A stretch of DNA of 64,000 bases from NCBI GenBank assembly GCA_047602405.1, contig JASGHJ010000002.1:1536001-1600000 (forward strand), given 5' to 3'. Of the stretch, positions 10,064-21,742 are shown piece after piece. Every line of letters begins with the position of its first letter. The stretch's first letter is position 1. Source of the DNA: Anaeromyxobacteraceae bacterium (GTDB lineage: Bacteria > Myxococcota > Myxococcia > Myxococcales > Anaeromyxobacteraceae). A program made the translations under genes and the position numbers. A model generated the notes under the pieces. It had not been told where the DNA came from. It made no database searches and saw only the letters and a program-made list of their open reading frames with translations.

Positions 10064-11215
10064 TCACTTGCCGCCCGCGCCGAGCCGCTGGGACTCCACG
10101 GTGGCGCCGAGGCGCGCGAGCTTGCGCTCGAGGGCGGGCAGGGCCGGGTCCTTGACCCGGGCGGCGACGTCCACTGCCTTCGCGTAGGCGCGCATCGCCG
10201 CCTCGACCTCGCCGTTCTTCTCGTAGGCCTCGCCGAGGGCGTCGTGCGTCGACGCCGAACCGGGGTACCGCTCCACGTTGCGCCGGTAGGCGCGGATGGC
10301 CTCGTCGACCTCGCCCTCCTGCAGGAGCTGGCGGGCGGCCGCGTTCGCGACCGCCTCGGGCGGCGCGACCTCGAAGCCCACGCGCCGGGAGAGCGCGTCG
10401 TAGTGGGCCTCGACCGCCACGAGCCCACCCCGCGGCCCGGCGTCGCCCTCGGCGACCGGCATCCGGAACGGCGCGAAGAGGGCCGCGAGGCCGCGGTACT
10501 GGCCCGGGAAGACCGCGCTCGCCGTGTCCTCGCCCGGGAGCTCGAGCGCCGTGAACGCGAGGCCCTTCGCCGGGGCGAGCGCCTCCGCCAGGCGCCGCAC
10601 GCCGGCGGCGCTCGCGGCGCCCTCGTCGCCGCGGGTGGCGATCACCGCGCCGGCGAGCCCGGGGCGGGTCGCGGCGGCGGCGAGCGCGGCGAGGAGCGGA
10701 TCCTCGGCGGCGAGGCGCGGGCTCATCGCGAGGTGGGCCCGGAACATCCCCGGGCGCGCCCCGAGCACGTGGAGGGCGAAGCGGGCGCCGTCGCCGTGCC
10801 CGGCGAGGATCCGGTACGGGGCGGCCCGGTAGGTCTTCTCCACCCAGGGCACCACCTCGTTCTCGAGGAAGGCGAGGAGCGTGGGCTCGCCGTCCGCGAG
10901 CTCCGCCGCCCGGTCGCGGTGGACGAGCCCCACGAGCACCACAGGCGGGATCCGGCCCAGCCGCTCGAGGAACCGTGCCGAGGCGGCGAACCCGTCGAGG
11001 TTGGCGAGGCCGTCGGTGAAGTAGACCACCGGGTACTTGCGGTCCCGCTCCCAGGGCCGGTCGTAGGCCGCCGGGGTCCGCACCACGAGCTGCCGCTCGC
11101 CGTGGTACGTCGCGGAGCGGAGCGTGACGAGCCGGATGTCCTCCTGGGCGAGCGCCGGGCGGGCGACCGTGGCGAGGGCGAGGAGGGCCAGGGGAAGGGC
11201 GGGGGAGGTGCGCAT
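10064..11215 (-). CDS. Exported alpha/beta-hydrolase-fold (IroE/Fes-like) protein with C-terminal TPR
   Basis: Signal peptide; KYPVVYFTDG; FLENEVVPWVEKTY; GHGDG at the nucleophile elbow; TPR (YPGSASTHDALGEAY). Confidence 0.8.
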   Translation of the reverse strand: MRTSPALPLALLALATVARPALAQEDIRLVTLRSATYHGERQLVVRTPAAYDRPWERDRKYPVVYFTDGLANLDGFAASARFLERLGRIPPVVLVGLVHRDRAAELADGEPTLLAFLENEVVPWVEKTYRAAPYRILAGHGDGARFALHVLGARPGMFRAHLAMSPRLAAEDPLLAALAAAATRPGLAGAVIATRGDEGAASAAGVRRLAEALAPAKGLAFTALELPGEDTASAVFPGQYRGLAALFAPFRMPVAEGDAGPRGGLVAVEAHYDALSRRVGFEVAPPEAVANAAARQLLQEGEVDEAIRAYRRNVERYPGSASTHDALGEAYEKNGEVEAAMRAYAKAVDVAARVKDPALPALERKLARLGATVESQRLGAGGK

Positions 11216-11327
11216 CGGGGGCTCCGGGGGGTGCAGGCGGCCGGGAGGGGGGCCCGGCACGGCCCAGGCGTACGCTGCCTTCGCTGAATCTGGCCCGCCG
11301 GGCGGCCGCGCGCTATATGGACGACCC

Positions 11328-12218
11328 GTGGACGTCAAGATCGCGAGAACGGCAGGATTTTGCTGGGGTGTGCGCAGGACCGTGGACAAGGTCATGGAGG
11401 TCGCCGACCAGGCCTTGGGCCCGGTCGTGACCCTCGGCCCCATCATCCACAACCCGCAGGCGGTGGCGCGGTTCCGCGAGAAGGGCGTCGCGACGCTCGA
11501 GGCGGTGGCCGACGTCGCCGACGGCACGACGGTGGTGGTGCGCACGCACGGGGCCGTGAAGCACGAGCTGGATCAGGCCGAGGCGCGCGGGCTCAACGTC
11601 GTCGACGGCACCTGCCCCTACGTGAAGTACCCGCAGGCGATGGCGCAGCGGCTCTCGAAGGAGGGCTACCACATCGTCATCGTCGGGGACGCAAACCACG
11701 CCGAGATCAAGGGCGTCGTCTCCTACGCCGAGGCGCCGTGCACGGTCATCAAGCCGGGCGCGCCGGTCCCCGAGATCAAGGCGAAGCGCATCGCGGTGCT
11801 CGCGCAGACGACCTGCATCGGAGCGGACTTCGAGCGGGTGGTCGGCACGCTCGCGCTCCGCCACAAGGAGGTCCGCGCGGTGAACACCATCTGCAACGAC
11901 ACGGAGGAGCGCCAGGCCGACGCCCGCGCGCTCGCGACCGAGGTCGACGCGGTGGTGGTGGTGGGCGGGAAGAACTCCGCGAACACGCGGCACCTCGCCG
12001 AGATTTGCCGCGAGATCCAGCCGCGGACCTGGCACGTGGAGACCGAGGACGAGCTCCAGGCCGCCTGGTTCGAGGGCTGCAAGGTGGTCGGCCTGTCGGC
12101 CGGCGCCTCGACGCCCGACTGGGTGGTCACCGGCGTGGCCGCCTGGCTGCGGGCGCTGCCCGGCGGCGGGCAGGCGGCGGGTCCGGAGGACGCACCCGCA
12201 GCCTCTGTCGCGCCTTGA
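11328..12218 (+). CDS. ispH: 4-hydroxy-3-methylbut-2-enyl diphosphate reductase
   Basis: AGFCWGV, IIHN, RTHG, DGTCPYV, QTT, NTICN, NSANT and AGASTP motifs. Confidence 0.95.
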   Translation: MDVKIARTAGFCWGVRRTVDKVMEVADQALGPVVTLGPIIHNPQAVARFREKGVATLEAVADVADGTTVVVRTHGAVKHELDQAEARGLNVVDGTCPYVKYPQAMAQRLSKEGYHIVIVGDANHAEIKGVVSYAEAPCTVIKPGAPVPEIKAKRIAVLAQTTCIGADFERVVGTLALRHKEVRAVNTICNDTEERQADARALATEVDAVVVVGGKNSANTRHLAEICREIQPRTWHVETEDELQAAWFEGCKVVGLSAGASTPDWVVTGVAAWLRALPGGGQAAGPEDAPAASVAP

Positions 12219-12243
12219 CGCCCCGATCCGAGGCGTGTAGCTT
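12215..12243 (+). promoter_or_regulatory. Sigma70-type promoter of rpsA
   Basis: TTGACG-17 bp-TAGCTT; the same hexamers precede gap. Confidence 0.7.
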
Positions 12244-12427
12244 CCGCGCTCCAATGAGGGGAGTGCCGGGGGTTCCCGGCCGACCCGCCCCGCGCCTCGA
12301 TCCCCGGGCGCAGGGCGAGATTTCCACACCAGGGGGAGCGCAGTGATGGCGCCGCAGCCCGGCTTTCGAAACCGAAGCCTTCCTCTCCTGCGCGGCGCGA
12401 TCCCAACGTAAAGGCAGACCACACCGA

Positions 12428-14137
<1,710 letters not shown>

Positions 14138-14172
14138 CCGCGTCGGCAGTCTCCGAAGTCTCGGCCTCACGG

Positions 14173-14203
14173 GCGGGGCGGTCCTCACGGGCCGCCCCGC
14201 TTT
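14173..14203 (+). terminator. Intrinsic terminator after rpsA
   Basis: GCGGGGCGGTC/GGCCGCCCCGC stem followed by TTT. Confidence 0.7.
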
Positions 14204-14717
14204 CGCGTCCGGGGCGCCCCGCCGCCCGGCGGGTGCCTCGCTCACCCGGATCCCTACGCCCTTCGCCCCGCCGCCGGGCACCGGCCGGGTGAGTGTTCAC
14301 CTGTGGTGATCGCCGCGGGTGAACGAATGCGTACACCCCTGGTGAAGCGCTCCGTTCACGGGGCTCCCGCGGCGGCAGCCCCTCCGGGAGTTTCCCCTGG
14401 AGTTGCGGCGATTTCGCCCGCCATGTCCCGATATCGGAGGACGCGGCCAGGGTGCAGCGTCCCTCCACAAAACGATTGTACCCTCTTGGGTCGTGGCAGG
14501 CAGGCAACCGGGCGTAGGTACGGACGAAAGGGTGATGTGGGTGTGACACCCCCTTTTCACCTACACGTCGCCGGTCTGACGATGCGCGCTCCACGGACAC
14601 CGGAGCACCTCCGCACACAGCACGCAGCGCGGAGCCCGCAGCACTCAGCAGCCTCGCATCCAGCAGGCCGGCATCCAGCGGACCGGCACCCCAGCAGCGC
14701 GAAGGAGTACGACAGCC

Positions 14718-15713
14718 ATGCAAGCCGCCATCGCGAGCGAGATCGGAAACCTCTTTCAACACGTCGCGGCGTTCAACGCGCTCGCCACCGGGCTCGACGC
14801 CGAGCTGACCACGGCGCACGCGCCCACCGACGAGCACCGCGTGCTCCTCGGCTCGGGCATCGAGCAGCTGCTCGAGCAGGTCGTGCAGTTCGAGGATCAC
14901 GTCGGCGAGGTCGCGCCCGACGTGCTGCGCTCGACGCAGCTCACGTTCCGGCGGCTCACCTCCGACGTGTTCTGCAAGAGCCGGATGATCGACCGCGCGC
15001 TCCGCAAGCCTCGCGGCTACGCCGGCGACCACGCGCTCATGGACCTCTACTACACGGGCCAGGTCGCGCCGGAGGGCTTCGGCCAGGTCCTCGACACGTA
15101 CATGCACGGCATCCCCGCCTCGCGCGCGGTGGTGGACCGCAAGGAGTTCGTGAAGCGCTGGCTCTCGCAGCGCGTGACCCGCCGCTCCTGCGCGAAGGTC
15201 GTCGACCTCGCGTGTGGCCCGTGCCGCATCGAGCGCGAGCTGTTCGACGCCGGCCGCGTGGCGGACGCGCAGCTCGTGGTGGTGGACAACGACCCCGAGG
15301 CGCTCGCCTACGCGCGCCGCGTGCTCGGGCCGTACGCCGGGCAGGTGGAGTACGCGGAGGAGAACGCGATCAAGATGGCGCGCGCCCGCAAGGTCCCGCC
15401 CTCGATCGCCGGCGCGAGCTTCGTCGTCTCGCTCGGCCTCTTCGACTACCTGCCGCGCGTCCTCGCGGTGAGCCTCCTCCGCGCGCTCCGGCAGAGCACG
15501 GCGCCGGGCGGCGAGCTCCTGATCGGCAACTTCGCCGAGGGCAACCCGACCCGCCCGTTCATGGAGTGGGCGTCGGACTGGGTGCTCATCTACCGGAGCG
15601 TGGACGAGTTCACCCGGCTGTTCCTCGACGCCGGCTTCGCGCCCGACGACCTCACCGTGGAGCGCGAGACCGAGGACGGCCTCGTCCTCATGGTGACCGC
15701 CCGGGTAGGGTAG
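14718..15713 (+). CDS. Class I SAM-dependent methyltransferase, PhcB-like
   Basis: KPRGYAGD motif; VDLACGP SAM motif I; SLGLFDYL; PGGELLIGNF; MEWASDWVLIYRS; AGGAG ribosome-binding site. Confidence 0.8.
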   Translation: MQAAIASEIGNLFQHVAAFNALATGLDAELTTAHAPTDEHRVLLGSGIEQLLEQVVQFEDHVGEVAPDVLRSTQLTFRRLTSDVFCKSRMIDRALRKPRGYAGDHALMDLYYTGQVAPEGFGQVLDTYMHGIPASRAVVDRKEFVKRWLSQRVTRRSCAKVVDLACGPCRIERELFDAGRVADAQLVVVDNDPEALAYARRVLGPYAGQVEYAEENAIKMARARKVPPSIAGASFVVSLGLFDYLPRVLAVSLLRALRQSTAPGGELLIGNFAEGNPTRPFMEWASDWVLIYRSVDEFTRLFLDAGFAPDDLTVERETEDGLVLMVTARVG

Positions 15714-15789
15714 CGGCGGGGGCCCCCGGGCGCGGCGCGGCCCGTCTTCGTTGCGACGGGGGGCGTCGCGTGGTTACCTGGGTCCCTCC

Positions 15790-16875
15790 ATGGACCCGCA
15801 CGACCCGAACGCCCCGCTGCCGACCACCCCGGTCGATCCGCCCGAGCCCCCGCGCGCCGCGCCGCCGGCGCCGCCGCCCGCCGCCTGGGGGGCGCCGCCG
15901 GCCTGGTCGGCGCCCCCGTCGGCGATGCCGCCCCCGCCGCCTCCGGCGCGGGACCGGCTCGCCCTCGGCATCGTCGCCTTCATCTTCGGCGGCCTGTTCC
16001 TCGTGTTCTTCGGGTTCCTCGTGCTCGCCTACAGCGCGGTGCGCGGGGAGACCCCGTCGATCGCGGGCGGCCCGCGGGTGGGCGTCCTCGAGCTGAAGGG
16101 CGGCATCGGGATGGGGGAGGGCGGCGTCGACGCCGAGCGGGTCATGAAGCAGGCCCGCAAGTTCGCCGAGGACTCCGGCATCAAGGGCGTCGTGGTCCGC
16201 GTCGAGTCGCCCGGCGGCGCGGTGGGCCCGACCCAGGAGATCTTCGAGGAGGTGAAGCGCCTCGCGGCGAAGAAGCCGGTGGTCTGCTCGCTCGGCTCCA
16301 TCGCGGCCTCGGGCGGCTTCTACGTGGCGATGGCCTGCCCGAGGATCGTCTCCACCCCCAGCACGCTCGCCGGCTCGATCGGCGTCATCTCGCAGTTCCC
16401 GAACGTCCGCGGGCTCGCCGAGAAGGTCGGCGTCGACGTGGAGACGGTGAAGAGCGGCAAGATGAAGGACGTCGGCAACCCGTTCCGCGCCATGGGCCCC
16501 GAGGAGCGCGCCTACTGGCAGGAGGTCTCCGACCGGATCCACGCGCAGTTCATCAAGGCGGTGGCCGAGGGGCGCAAGCTCAAGGAGGAGGACGTCCGGA
16601 GGTTCGGCGACGGGCGGGTCATCACCGGCGACCAGGCGCTCGAGCTCAAGCTCGTCGACCAGCTCGGGAACTTCTACGACGCGGTCGACGTGGTGAAGGC
16701 CCAGGCCAAGATCTCCGGCGAGCCGACCCTGGTCTACCCGCTCGACGAGAAGTCGCGCTTCCTCGACTCCATCATGGGCGGGGCGGCGAAGGCGCTCGTG
16801 GGCGCGGTGCGCGAGGGCGTCGCGGCCGAGGCGCTCGAGGCGCGCGCCCCGGGGCTGTACTTCCTGGCGCGCTGA
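15790..16875 (+). CDS. sppA: Signal peptide peptidase SppA (S49, short type)
   Basis: SPGGAV, AASGGFYVA, GSIGVI and KSGKMKD motifs; N-terminal transmembrane helix. Confidence 0.93.
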   Translation: MDPHDPNAPLPTTPVDPPEPPRAAPPAPPPAAWGAPPAWSAPPSAMPPPPPPARDRLALGIVAFIFGGLFLVFFGFLVLAYSAVRGETPSIAGGPRVGVLELKGGIGMGEGGVDAERVMKQARKFAEDSGIKGVVVRVESPGGAVGPTQEIFEEVKRLAAKKPVVCSLGSIAASGGFYVAMACPRIVSTPSTLAGSIGVISQFPNVRGLAEKVGVDVETVKSGKMKDVGNPFRAMGPEERAYWQEVSDRIHAQFIKAVAEGRKLKEEDVRRFGDGRVITGDQALELKLVDQLGNFYDAVDVVKAQAKISGEPTLVYPLDEKSRFLDSIMGGAAKALVGAVREGVAAEALEARAPGLYFLAR

Positions 16876-16915
16876 AGCGCGACATCTCCTGGCGCGCTGA
16901 AGGAGGACGGTCGAG

Positions 16916-17410
16916 GTGAGCCAGCAGCCGCTGTGGGCCCCGTGGCGGATGGCGTTCATCCGCTCCGAGAAGCCGAAGGGGTGCATCTTCTGCCAGTTCC
17001 CGGCCGACCCGCCCGAGCGGGACCGGGAGAACCTGGTCGTGCATCGCACCGCGCGCTCCTTCGCGGTGCTCAACAAGTTCCCGTACACCTCGGGTCACCT
17101 GATGGTGATCCCGCGGGCCCACGTGAACGACCCGGGCCTGCTCGGGCCCGAGGACTGGGCCGACCTCCAGGCCGAGCTCCGGCTCGCCGTGTCGGTCGTG
17201 CGGGAGGTCTACCGGCCGGAGGGGCTCAACGTCGGCATGAACCTCGGCCAGGCCGCCGGCGCGGGCATCGCCGACCACATGCACTGGCACGTCGTGCCGC
17301 GCTGGCTCGGCGACAACAACTTCATGCCGGTCCTCGCCGACCAGCGGGTGATCGTCGAGGCCCTCGACCAGGCCTGGACGACCCTGTCGGCGGGCTTCGC
17401 GGGGCGGTAG
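16916..17410 (+). CDS. HIT-family nucleotide hydrolase/transferase
   Basis: LWAPWR, CIFC, NKFPY..GH, GMNLG.AAGAGI and HMHWHVVPRW motifs. Confidence 0.92.
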   Translation: MSQQPLWAPWRMAFIRSEKPKGCIFCQFPADPPERDRENLVVHRTARSFAVLNKFPYTSGHLMVIPRAHVNDPGLLGPEDWADLQAELRLAVSVVREVYRPEGLNVGMNLGQAAGAGIADHMHWHVVPRWLGDNNFMPVLADQRVIVEALDQAWTTLSAGFAGR

Positions 17411-17412
17411 CC

Positions 17413-18510
17413 GTGGATCCGGCCGGGCTCGCGGCGGTGGCCACGGCGCTCGCCGTCGCCGGGCTCGTCGTCGCCTGGGAGCGCTACCGCCGCCGTCAGG
17501 AGGCGAAGGCCTGGCTGGACTCGGTGCGCTCCGTCATCTCGGGCGATCCCGACGCGGCCATCGAGGCCCTCTCCGACGCCGCCCGGCTGCGCAGCCCGCA
17601 GGCGATCGACACCTACCTCGCGCTCGGCCAGCTCTTCCGGCGCGAGGGTGACCTCTCCCGCGCGCTCCGGCTCCACCGCAACATGCTCCACGGCCCGGAC
17701 CTCACCCCGGCCCGGCGCGCCGAGGTCGAGCGCGAGCTCGCGGAGGACTACCGGCGCAGCGGGATGCTCGCCGAGGCGGCCGAGATCCTGCGGCGCCTCG
17801 CGCCCGCCGACCCCGCCGCCGCCGTCGGCCTGCGCGAGGTGCTCTACGAGGGCGGAGACCTCGCGGGCGCCATCGAGGTGCAGCGCGCCGCGGGCGGCGC
17901 GGGGCCGGACCCCATCCTGGCCCACCTGCTCGCGGCCCGCGCCCGGCAGCTCGCGGGCTCGGACCCGTCCGGCGCGGCCGAGGCCGCCGCGCGGGCCGTC
18001 GAGGCGCACCCGGCGAGCGCCGATGCGTGGCTCGCGACCGCCGAGCTGCGCGGCGCCGCCGGCGACGCGCCGGGCGCGCTCGACGCCGTGGGGCGGGCCC
18101 TCGACGCCGAGCCCCGCGCGGCGCCCCTCGCGGCGGCGGCGCTCGCGGCGCTGCCGGCCGCCGGGGCGGGCGCGTGGCTCGCGGCCCGGCGGCAGGGCCG
18201 GCCCGACGACGCGGGCCTCCTCGTGCTCGAGGCGCGCGCGCTCGGGCGGCAGGGGCTCGAGGCCGGGGCGCTCGCGGCGCTCCGCGCGGCGCTCGCGGTC
18301 GACCGCGACGAAGGCGCGGTGCTCTCCATCCGGGAGCTCCTGCAGGACCCCCGGGCCCGCGCCGCCGAGGGCGACCTCGCCGCGCGGCACGCGCTGCTCG
18401 TGGACGTCCTGTCCCGCCCCGTCGCGCCGCCGCGCTGCCGGCGCTGCCAGGCGGCCGCCTCCGCCCGCACCTTCCGCTGCCGGGCCTGCGGTGCCTACGG
18501 GCTGATTTAG
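17413..18510 (+). CDS. LapB/YciM-like TPR protein with C-terminal rubredoxin-like Zn finger
   Basis: N-terminal TM helix; LALGQLFRREGD..RALRLH; EDYRRSG; CRRC...CRAC. Confidence 0.8.
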   Translation: MDPAGLAAVATALAVAGLVVAWERYRRRQEAKAWLDSVRSVISGDPDAAIEALSDAARLRSPQAIDTYLALGQLFRREGDLSRALRLHRNMLHGPDLTPARRAEVERELAEDYRRSGMLAEAAEILRRLAPADPAAAVGLREVLYEGGDLAGAIEVQRAAGGAGPDPILAHLLAARARQLAGSDPSGAAEAAARAVEAHPASADAWLATAELRGAAGDAPGALDAVGRALDAEPRAAPLAAAALAALPAAGAGAWLAARRQGRPDDAGLLVLEARALGRQGLEAGALAALRAALAVDRDEGAVLSIRELLQDPRARAAEGDLAARHALLVDVLSRPVAPPRCRRCQAAASARTFRCRACGAYGLI

Positions 18511-18520
18511 GAGGGGGCAT

Positions 18521-18730
18521 AGCCCCCTCCCCGCGGAGCAAGGCTCCGCGGGGCCCCTCCCCGGATCTGCTCCGCTGCGCTTCGCAGGGGGGCGTCCCTC
18601 GTCTCCGGCCCCGCTGCGCGGGGCCTACGCTCGGGATGGCCGGTCTCCGTCCCCGGATCTGCTCCGCTGCGCTTCGCAGAAGGGGCGTCCCTCGTCTTCC
18701 CCGGATGCTCCGCTGCGCTTCGCAGGGGGA
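18521..18730. repeat. Composite REP/BIME-like cluster
   Basis: Hairpin plus three copies of CCCCGGAT(CT)GCTCCGCTGCGCTTCGCAG (18559, 18651, 18699) and two of GGGGCGTCCCTCGTCT. Confidence 0.8.
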
Positions 18731-18798
18731 GTTCATCGGCGCGGCCCGGCGTTGCATGTTCCGCGCCCGACCGGTATAGCCGTCGGTCCTTATGGTGC

Positions 18799-20595
18799 GT
18801 GAACGCGTTCAGGAGCTTCTTCCGGGCGGCGCTCGCCCGCGGCGCGGCCGAGGGCCGCTGGCCCGGCGGCGACGTCGAGTTCGCGGTGTCGACCCCGCGC
18901 GACCCGGCCCACGGCGACTTCGCCGTGAACGCCGCGATGGTGCTCTCGAAGCCGGCCGGCAAGCCGCCCCGCGAGCTCGCCCTCGCGATCGTGGAGGCCG
19001 TGAAGGTCGTCGACGCCGAGGGCGAGATCGCGTCGCTCGAGGTGGCCGGCCCCGGGTTCATCAACGTTCGGCTCGCCGCCGACGTCTGGCTGCGCGCGCT
19101 CGAGCGCGCCATCGTGGCCGGCGAGGCGTACGGCCGGACCCACGTCGGCAAGGGCCAGAAGGTCATCGTCGAGTACGTCTCCGCGAACCCCACCGGCCCG
19201 ATGCACGTCGGCCACGGCCGCGGCGCCGTCGTGGGCGACGGGGTGCAGTCCTTGCTCCGCTGGGCGGGCTTCGACGTCACCCGCGAGTACTACGTCAACG
19301 ACTACGGCGCGCAGGTGCAGACGCTCGCGCGCTCGGTGCACCTGCGCTACCAGGAGCACTTCGGCCGCACGGTCACGATGCCGCCGAAGAGCTACCCGGG
19401 CGAGTACGTGAAGGAGATCGCCGCGAAGCTCGCCGCGGCGCACGGGCAGCGGTTCCTCGACGCGCCCGAGGCGGAGTGGCTCGACCTCTTCCGCGACACC
19501 GCGGTCGCGTTCGTCCTCGAGATGATCAAGGAGGACCTCGCCACCGTCGCGATCCAGTTCGACGTCTGGTCGAGCGAGAAGGCCCTCTACGCGTCCGGGA
19601 CCGTCGACCGGTTCCTGAAGGAGCTCGAGCAGAAGGGGCTCGTCTACGTCGGGAAGCTCCCGCCCCCGAAGTCGAAGAAGGGCGCGCCGCCGCCGCCGGT
19701 CCAGCAGGGCCCCGACGAGGAGGGCATGACCGCCCAGGACGACCTCACGCTCTTCCGGTCGTCGCAGTACGGCGACGAGGTGGACCGCCCGGTGAAGAAG
19801 GCGGACGGCACGCCGACCTACTTCTGCGCGGACATCGCCTACCACTGGGCGAAGCGCCAGCGCGCGACGAAGCTCGTCGACGTCTTCGGCGCCGACCACG
19901 GCGGCTACGTGCCCCGGCTCCACGCCGCGATGCAGGGGCTCGGCTACTCGAAGGACGACCTGCACGTCATCCTGCTGCAGATGGTGAACCTCACCCGCGG
20001 CGGCGAGGCCGTGAAGATGTCGAAGCGCGCCGGCACGGTGGTGGGCATGCGCGACGTCGTCGACGACGTCGGCCGGGACGCGACGCGGTTCATGTTCCTC
20101 ACCCGCCGCGCCGACGCGCAGCTCGACTTCGACCTCGAGCTCGCGAAGAAGCAGTCGATGGACAACCCGGTCTTCTACGTGCAGTACGGGCACGCCCGGC
20201 TCTCCTCGATCTTCGCGAAGGCGAGGGAGGCCGGCGCACCCGTGCCGGCGTTCGACCTCGAGACGGCCCGGCTCCTCCGGTCGGCGGGCGAGCTCGACCT
20301 CGTCCGGCGCATCGCCGCGTTCCCGGACATGCTCGCCGCGGCGGCCGTCGCCTACGAGCCCCACCGCGTCGCCTTCTACCTTCAGGAGACGATCGCCGCG
20401 TTCCATTCCTGGTACACGCAGGGGGCCCGGGCCGGCGAGAAGGTCGTCTCGGACGATCCCCGGACCACGGCCGCCCGCCTGCTCCTGTGCCGGGCCCTGC
20501 GCCAGGTGCTCGCGAACGGGCTCGCCGTCCTGGGCGTCTCGGCCCCGGACCGGATGCAGACGCCGGAAACTCGCGAAGCGGAGGGCGAGGTCTAG
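18799..20595 (+). CDS. argS: Arginine--tRNA ligase
   Basis: GPGFIN, EYVSANPTGPMHVGHGR, YYVND, GADHGGY, KMSKR and YVQYGHAR motifs. Confidence 0.98.
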   Translation: MNAFRSFFRAALARGAAEGRWPGGDVEFAVSTPRDPAHGDFAVNAAMVLSKPAGKPPRELALAIVEAVKVVDAEGEIASLEVAGPGFINVRLAADVWLRALERAIVAGEAYGRTHVGKGQKVIVEYVSANPTGPMHVGHGRGAVVGDGVQSLLRWAGFDVTREYYVNDYGAQVQTLARSVHLRYQEHFGRTVTMPPKSYPGEYVKEIAAKLAAAHGQRFLDAPEAEWLDLFRDTAVAFVLEMIKEDLATVAIQFDVWSSEKALYASGTVDRFLKELEQKGLVYVGKLPPPKSKKGAPPPPVQQGPDEEGMTAQDDLTLFRSSQYGDEVDRPVKKADGTPTYFCADIAYHWAKRQRATKLVDVFGADHGGYVPRLHAAMQGLGYSKDDLHVILLQMVNLTRGGEAVKMSKRAGTVVGMRDVVDDVGRDATRFMFLTRRADAQLDFDLELAKKQSMDNPVFYVQYGHARLSSIFAKAREAGAPVPAFDLETARLLRSAGELDLVRRIAAFPDMLAAAAVAYEPHRVAFYLQETIAAFHSWYTQGARAGEKVVSDDPRTTAARLLLCRALRQVLANGLAVLGVSAPDRMQTPETREAEGEV

Positions 20596-20607
20596 AATCC
20601 CTCCCGC

Positions 20608-21366
20608 ATGCAGGGGAACGTCCGGACCTCTCCGAGGGAGAAGCTCGCGGTCACGCTCGACGGCCGGCAGATCGCCGGCGTCGTCGTGGGCGCGCTCGTC
20701 ATCGTCGCGGTGGTGTTCGTGCTGGGCCTGAACGTCGGGCGCCAGCTCGGCGTGCGGCAGGCCGAGGCCGCGCGCGGGCCGACCCTCGAGCAGCTGGACC
20801 GGCCGGCGCCCACGCCCCCGGTGAGCCCGGAGAAGCTCACGTTCCACGAGACCCTCACGAAGGCGAAGCCCGAGGCCGTCCCGCCTCCGGGCGCCGCCGC
20901 CCCGCCGCCCACCGCGAAGCCGGGCCCCGCTCCCGTCACCACCGTCGCCATGCCGTCGCCGGCGCCCGCGCCGAAGCCCGAGGCGACCCCTCCGTCGCCC
21001 GCGCCGCAGCCGGCCCCGGCGAGCGCCCCCGTCGCGGCCGCGCCGAAGCCCGCGCCGGCGCCCGCCGCGAAGCCCGCGGCCTCGACGCCCGCGCCGAAGC
21101 CCGCCGCCGTCGCGGCGGCGCCCGCCCCGGGCGGTGCGTTCACGATCCAGGTGGGCGCGACCACCAGCCGGGGCGAGGCCGATCGGCTCGCCGCGAAGTT
21201 CCAGGCCTTCCACCCCCGCGTCGAGTCGGCGGAGGTGCCCGGCAAGGGGCGCGTGTTCCGCGTGCGGCTCGGGAGCTTCGCGACCCGCGAGGAGGCCTCG
21301 AAGTACCTCTCGGACGTGACGCGCGAAACCGGGGCCAAGGAGCCCTACGTCGCCTCGGCGCACTGA
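20608..21366 (+). CDS. SPOR-domain membrane protein (DedD/FtsN-like)
   Basis: TM helix, LTFHETL, Pro/Ala linker, FTIQVGA...FRVRLGSF; typical position after argS. Confidence 0.88.
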   Translation: MQGNVRTSPREKLAVTLDGRQIAGVVVGALVIVAVVFVLGLNVGRQLGVRQAEAARGPTLEQLDRPAPTPPVSPEKLTFHETLTKAKPEAVPPPGAAAPPPTAKPGPAPVTTVAMPSPAPAPKPEATPPSPAPQPAPASAPVAAAPKPAPAPAAKPAASTPAPKPAAVAAAPAPGGAFTIQVGATTSRGEADRLAAKFQAFHPRVESAEVPGKGRVFRVRLGSFATREEASKYLSDVTRETGAKEPYVASAH

Positions 21367-21382
21367 GGCTAGATTCGATCCG

Positions 21383-21742
21383 ATGACCTTCGAGAACCCG
21401 AAGCGTGTCGAGAAGCCCTGGGGTCACGAGCTCTGGTGGGCGCAGACGGACCGGTACGTCGGCAAGCTCCTGCACGTGAAGGCGGGGTTCCAGCTCTCGC
21501 TGCAGTACCACGTGAAGAAGGACGAGACGATCCACCTCTGGAGCGGGCAGATGGTGCTCGTGCTCGAGGAGGGCGGGAAGCTCGTCGATCACCCGATGAG
21601 GCCGGGCGAGAGCTACCACGTGCGGCCCGGCACCGTGCACCGCATGCGCGCCATCACCGACTGTGACGTCCTCGAGGTCTCCACGCCCGAGGTCGACGAC
21701 GTGGTGCGCGTGCAGGACGACTACGGCCGGCAGGGGAAGTAG
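21383..21742 (+). CDS. Cupin-domain protein (mannose-6-phosphate isomerase-like)
   Basis: VEKPWGHE, LSLQYH..KDET, HRM, EVSTP and DDYGR motifs. Confidence 0.88.
   Translation: MTFENPKRVEKPWGHELWWAQTDRYVGKLLHVKAGFQLSLQYHVKKDETIHLWSGQMVLVLEEGGKLVDHPMRPGESYHVRPGTVHRMRAITDCDVLEVSTPEVDDVVRVQDDYGRQGK

Noticed and set aside
18559..18725. Three 27-29-bp direct repeats as a mini CRISPR array
   Set aside because: Spacers are unequal (about 63 and 19 nt) and share sequence, a lone copy occurs at 2652, and there are no cas genes. It fits REP/BIME better.
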